A stretch of 28,743 nucleotides of DNA, taken from positions 1 to 28,743 of the IMG/VR virus record IMGVR_UViG_3300005805_000339; one strand, given 5' to 3'. The stretch's first letter is position 1. Each line of letters begins with the position of its first letter. Shown here piece by piece: positions 25,442 through 28,743 of the stretch. Both the position numbers and the translations under genes were made by a program. Source of the DNA: a virus (lineage: Duplodnaviria; Caudoviricetes). The notes under the pieces are model-generated. The model searched no databases, was not told the origin of the DNA, and was given only the letters and a program-made list of their open reading frames with translations.

Positions 25442-26974
25442 TTATATCCAAGAAACCTCTGAAGCTCCAGTTTGATAATTATTCTTACTACATTCTTCTA
25501 GAGCCATAAGCATTGATATAACAGAGTCTATTCTATCTCTTGACTTAGCCTTGTCACATTTTGCATTACCAGATGCATCAACTTTTAATAAAACATTACT
25601 TAGGCACCAACGTAAAACTGGATGATTGTCGTGTACAAGATCTTTACTTAATACAAGTCTTTCCAAGGCTCGTACTGGACTAGCCATACTTGCGAATCCC
25701 TGACCAAATGCTATAACATTAAACCCACTTTCCATCAGTTTAGTGCTAAGAAAACTGCTATTCCAACGATCTATACATATGCCTTTTATATCAAACATAG
25801 TGCCCAGTTCTTGAATTTTTTTAATTACAAAGTCATAATCTGTGGCATTGCCTGGGGTTGTATATAAATGACCTTCTTTTGACCATTGCTCATATGGTAC
25901 TTTGTCTCTGCGACTTCTCATCAAGATATTGTCACTTGGGCAAAAAGGAAATGTAAATATATTATATTTGTCATTTTTGTAAAAACATAAACTAAGAGAT
26001 GTTAAGTCAGTAGTAGATGAAAGGTCTAATCCAGCATAGCAAGAATCTCCTTTAAAGTCATCTAGCTTTATTTCACCACCACATTCCATCCATTGACCAT
26101 CGCTGATCCAAGATTTGGCAAGATCAATCCACGCATTTAAATAAAGTACCTTGAATGCGTTTTCAAAACGAGTAAATTCCTTGGCTCTGTTGTATTCTGT
26201 TCTGAAGAACTCAACACTAATAGTGTGGCCAAGGCTCGGGTTACACGCTTTCCACGTTTCTTCTTTTGTCCAGTCTTGTCCTTCTTTGAGTCCATATATT
26301 TTAGCATAAAAAGTATCATCCTTAATTATACCGTGATTTACTCTTTCGCCGTGTTCAACAAGTTGATACAAGAAACTTGCTTTGCTAAATCCAGCTGTTG
26401 ATATACTAAGCATCAAAGGCTGCTTACGAGCCCCCATACTGGTGACCATTGAATTGTATAATGCGTCATCTGGAGCCGCCAGCAACTCATCGAATATGAC
26501 AAAAGACGCATTAAGGCCAAGAGCCGTATTCGCATCTCTGCTAAGAACTCTGAACGTGCTACGATTTTTTGGGTTATATAGTGCATTTTTATATACTTTT
26601 ATTGTTTTGGAAAGAGCAGGCGAAGAACTGACCATATCAGTAGCAATGCCAAAAATAATCCTAGCTTGATCCCTTGAATTGGCACACGCGTAAACTTCAC
26701 CATTGGCATCACCAAATAAAAGTTCATATAAACACAAACCAGCACAAAGTGTAGTTTTACCATTCTTGCGGGGAATAAGAATAAGACCGTTACGATACCT
26801 GCGAAGACCCTCTTTAGTATATGTACCATACAAGGCTGTTATAATTTCTTTTTGCCAAGGAAGCAATATAAAAGGCTCACCCGCGTGTACACCTTTGCCG
26901 TGCTTTAAAAATTCAGCAAAGAACTTTTCGATACGGTTAGGTATCTTTTCGTCTATAACATATTCATCAGACAT
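25442..26974 (-). CDS. terL: Terminase large subunit
   Basis: LLPWQ, Walker A IPRKNGKT, Walker B VIFDEL, ISTAG, nuclease AGLDLS and DRIDSV. Confidence 0.97.
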   Translation of the reverse strand: MSDEYVIDEKIPNRIEKFFAEFLKHGKGVHAGEPFILLPWQKEIITALYGTYTKEGLRRYRNGLILIPRKNGKTTLCAGLCLYELLFGDANGEVYACANSRDQARIIFGIATDMVSSSPALSKTIKVYKNALYNPKNRSTFRVLSRDANTALGLNASFVIFDELLAAPDDALYNSMVTSMGARKQPLMLSISTAGFSKASFLYQLVEHGERVNHGIIKDDTFYAKIYGLKEGQDWTKEETWKACNPSLGHTISVEFFRTEYNRAKEFTRFENAFKVLYLNAWIDLAKSWISDGQWMECGGEIKLDDFKGDSCYAGLDLSSTTDLTSLSLCFYKNDKYNIFTFPFCPSDNILMRSRRDKVPYEQWSKEGHLYTTPGNATDYDFVIKKIQELGTMFDIKGICIDRWNSSFLSTKLMESGFNVIAFGQGFASMASPVRALERLVLSKDLVHDNHPVLRWCLSNVLLKVDASGNAKCDKAKSRDRIDSVISMLMALEECSKNNYQTGASEVSWI

Positions 26975-27231
26975 TACAAAGTCTTGCCAAATTCCATTGC
27001 TTGTTTCTCTGTCTGAAACATAGCATTAAAAACTTTATGTGGAGATGATACAATTTGTACATTGACCGATCCCATAGTTTTGGCTTTTGCTTCCAAAATT
27101 GATATATCATCTTTGTCAGTCAAGACCTTTGTGATAAAATGTGTGCGCAAATATATGATATTGCTTTTCAAAGGCTTTAGATCGCCTGTCTTTTCTAATC
27201 TTTCAACGTCATTTGGATTTATTGCTGTCAT
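26974..27231 (-). CDS. Hypothetical protein between terS and terL
   Basis: 85 aa, tightly packed, TAATG coupling to terL. Confidence 0.7.
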   Translation of the reverse strand: MTAINPNDVERLEKTGDLKPLKSNIIYLRTHFITKVLTDKDDISILEAKAKTMGSVNVQIVSSPHKVFNAMFQTEKQAMEFGKTL

Positions 27232-27233
27232 AA

Positions 27234-27638
27234 TTATTCGTCGTCCTCGTTGTCTAAAAATTGCTGAATAGCATCTTCTTCTTCTACCTTGGCGATTCTA
27301 AGTTTGGCTCTTGCTGATGGAGTTATACCAAGTTCTTTGGACAATGATAAAACTGAAGATGTCAAGTCGTTCTGCAATCTTTCATCAGCAAATTCTTTGT
27401 CAGCCTTGTTTGATATAACTTGCAATCTATCAAGCTGAGCACTAAATATTGCTAGAATATTTTGATCGCATTTGCCAGCAATGCCAAGTTTTACAATTTC
27501 TTCAGCGGTTTGCTTGTATATCTTTTTGGCATTTTTGTTAAGCCAACTTGGTGCTTTTGGAACTATTTTGTCACTAACTGGTTTTGGACGTTTGTCGTTA
27601 CTATTTATAGAATGTTCACTAGCTATTGGTCCAGGCAT
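27234..27638 (-). CDS. terS: Terminase small subunit (P27-like)
   Basis: MPGP.., PKAPSWLNKNAK.., ELGITPSARAKL. Confidence 0.9.
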   Translation of the reverse strand: MPGPIASEHSINSNDKRPKPVSDKIVPKAPSWLNKNAKKIYKQTAEEIVKLGIAGKCDQNILAIFSAQLDRLQVISNKADKEFADERLQNDLTSSVLSLSKELGITPSARAKLRIAKVEEEDAIQQFLDNEDDE

Positions 27639-27656
27639 AATTTTAAATTAGTTCAA

Positions 27657-27684
27657 TATACATATACTATGAAAAACATAAAAC
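27657..27684 (-). promoter_or_regulatory. Putative promoter GTTTTA-N14-TATGTATA for terS; divergent TATTTATA at 27709..27716 (+)
   Basis: Bipartite motif in the divergent intergenic region. Confidence 0.65.
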
Positions 27685-27726
27685 TACTAAAAGACTTGAT
27701 TTTTGCTATATTTATAAAGATAAAAC

Positions 27727-28020
27727 ATGCCTTTTCGCCCAAAAACAAGCAAAATCAGCAAACTGAAAATAAAAAAGATTGACGACAGACCAAACGCATA
27801 TCGCAGAGGATATGATAATAGTTGGAGATTAGTGCGTCATCAGCATCTGCAAAACAATCCTATTTGTTTGGACTGTTTAAAAGAAGGCAGATATGCTGCT
27901 GCAACAGATGTCCACCATATAAAGAAACTAGCAGAACATCCAGAATTGCGTGACGTAGCTGAAAACTTGATGAGTCTTTGCCATAGATGTCATAGTATTC
28001 GTACAGGAAAGGGAGAATAG
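27727..28020 (+). CDS. Terminase-associated HNH endonuclease (HK97 gp74-like)
   Basis: RGYD..WR.VR..HL..NP.C..C..G..A..VHHI..NL.SLC..CH..RT; small size; next to terS. Confidence 0.88.
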   Translation: MPFRPKTSKISKLKIKKIDDRPNAYRRGYDNSWRLVRHQHLQNNPICLDCLKEGRYAAATDVHHIKKLAEHPELRDVAENLMSLCHRCHSIRTGKGE

Positions 28021-28036
28021 ATTATACTTATAAGAT

Positions 28037-28441
28037 ATGGCAAGCTATACACCAACAACAGAAATGGCAAATAATGCTGAGAAAGCTCTTAGAGTAAGAG
28101 AGACTAAACCAGACAGCCAAAAAGGAATGACAAGTGTTGGATTGGCTCGCGCAAGAGATTTGATCAATCGTCGGCCACTAAGCGAAGAAACTGTAAGACG
28201 AATGAAGGCATATTTTGATCGCCACGAAATTGACAAGCAAGGTGCCACTTGGAATGAACAAGGCAAAGGATGGCAAGCCTGGAATGGTTGGGGTGGTGAT
28301 GCTGGTCGTGCTTGGGCAAACAGAATTGTAGCTCAACTAAACAAAGAACAAGCTCGTCATATGGGCGTAATACATTTTGATGATATATCTGATGATAAGA
28401 GTTATGATCGTTATATTTATCCTAGAACAATAAAACTATAA
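28037..28441 (+). CDS. Uncharacterised phage head-module-associated domain protein
   Basis: G.T.VG.ARA..L..LSEETV.RM.AYF.RH..G..AW.GWGGDAG.AWA motif; TACTTATA 4 nt before the ATG. Confidence 0.72.
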   Translation: MASYTPTTEMANNAEKALRVRETKPDSQKGMTSVGLARARDLINRRPLSEETVRRMKAYFDRHEIDKQGATWNEQGKGWQAWNGWGGDAGRAWANRIVAQLNKEQARHMGVIHFDDISDDKSYDRYIYPRTIKL

Positions 28442-28447
28442 AAATAT

Positions 28448-28743
28448 ATGCCAGCTGTATCCGAAGCCCAACAATCATTTTTCAGACTAGTAAACGCATA
28501 CAAACAAGGAGCACTTAAAAAGTCTCAAGTATCTCCATCAGTTGTTGCTACCGCAAAAGAAATGAGCAGAAAAGAAATATCTGATTATCTAAAGCTCAAG
28601 AAACGCAATATGACTGAAGGATATGATGATGATACTTTGCCCGACATCGACCCATCCTATGAAGTATATGAAAGCATCACTATGCAAGATGTAATGAAGT
28701 TCAAGGCTTTGCTCGATATGCTAGATATAGCACCAAACGCTGA
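28448..28743 (+). CDS. Hypothetical protein, 3'-truncated by the window end (not in the ORF track)
   Basis: ATG at 28448 reads MPAVSEAQQSFFRLVNAYKQG...LLDMLDIAPNA with no stop before the end. Confidence 0.75.
   Translation, partial: MPAVSEAQQSFFRLVNAYKQGALKKSQVSPSVVATAKEMSRKEISDYLKLKKRNMTEGYDDDTLPDIDPSYEVYESITMQDVMKFKALLDMLDIAPNA
28645..28743. repeat. Right copy of the 99-bp inverted repeat
   Basis: Exact reverse complement of 1..99. Confidence 0.97.

Noticed and set aside
1-28743. Complete linear genome with inverted terminal repeats, or a gene transfer agent
   Set aside because: The last ORF runs off the end, no replication or lysis genes are present, and there are homing endonucleases but no host flanks; a fragment of a larger phage genome is more likely.

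Overview
This is an AT-rich (~36% GC by eye) morphogenesis region of a tailed, long non-contractile-tail (siphovirus-type) phage with an HK97-type head. The minus strand, read right to left, carries terS, a small ORF, terL, portal (with an extra C-terminal domain), prohead protease, major capsid, head-tail connector, head closure, an HK97 gp10-like protein, an ~8.5 kb fibre cassette, major tail protein, tail chaperones, tape measure, distal tail/tail-tip genes and a J-like central fibre. HNH and NUMOD-type genes are interspersed, and a divergent plus-strand group at the right end encodes a terminase-associated HNH and two unknown proteins. No replication, lysis, integrase, tRNA or CRISPR features were seen. 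The most notable observations are: (1) the tail-terminator-like domain is duplicated, each copy is fused to a long extension, and each heads its own sub-cassette of Gly-Thr-Ser collagen-like and beta-roll fibre genes, suggesting a neck-anchored appendage system; (2) [S/T]-[G/A/S]-S motifs are enriched in predicted surface proteins, a possible modification sequon; (3) a bipartite promoter-like motif GTTTTT-N14-TA(T/C)(T/G)TATA recurs with fixed spacing; (4) an antisense HNH insertion separates the head-closure gene from its ATG and leaves a strong SD before an ATT codon; (5) an exact 99-bp inverted repeat lies at the two window ends; (6) a candidate small RNA sits at about 10.2 kb. All family assignments come from motif recognition and gene order, not database searches.
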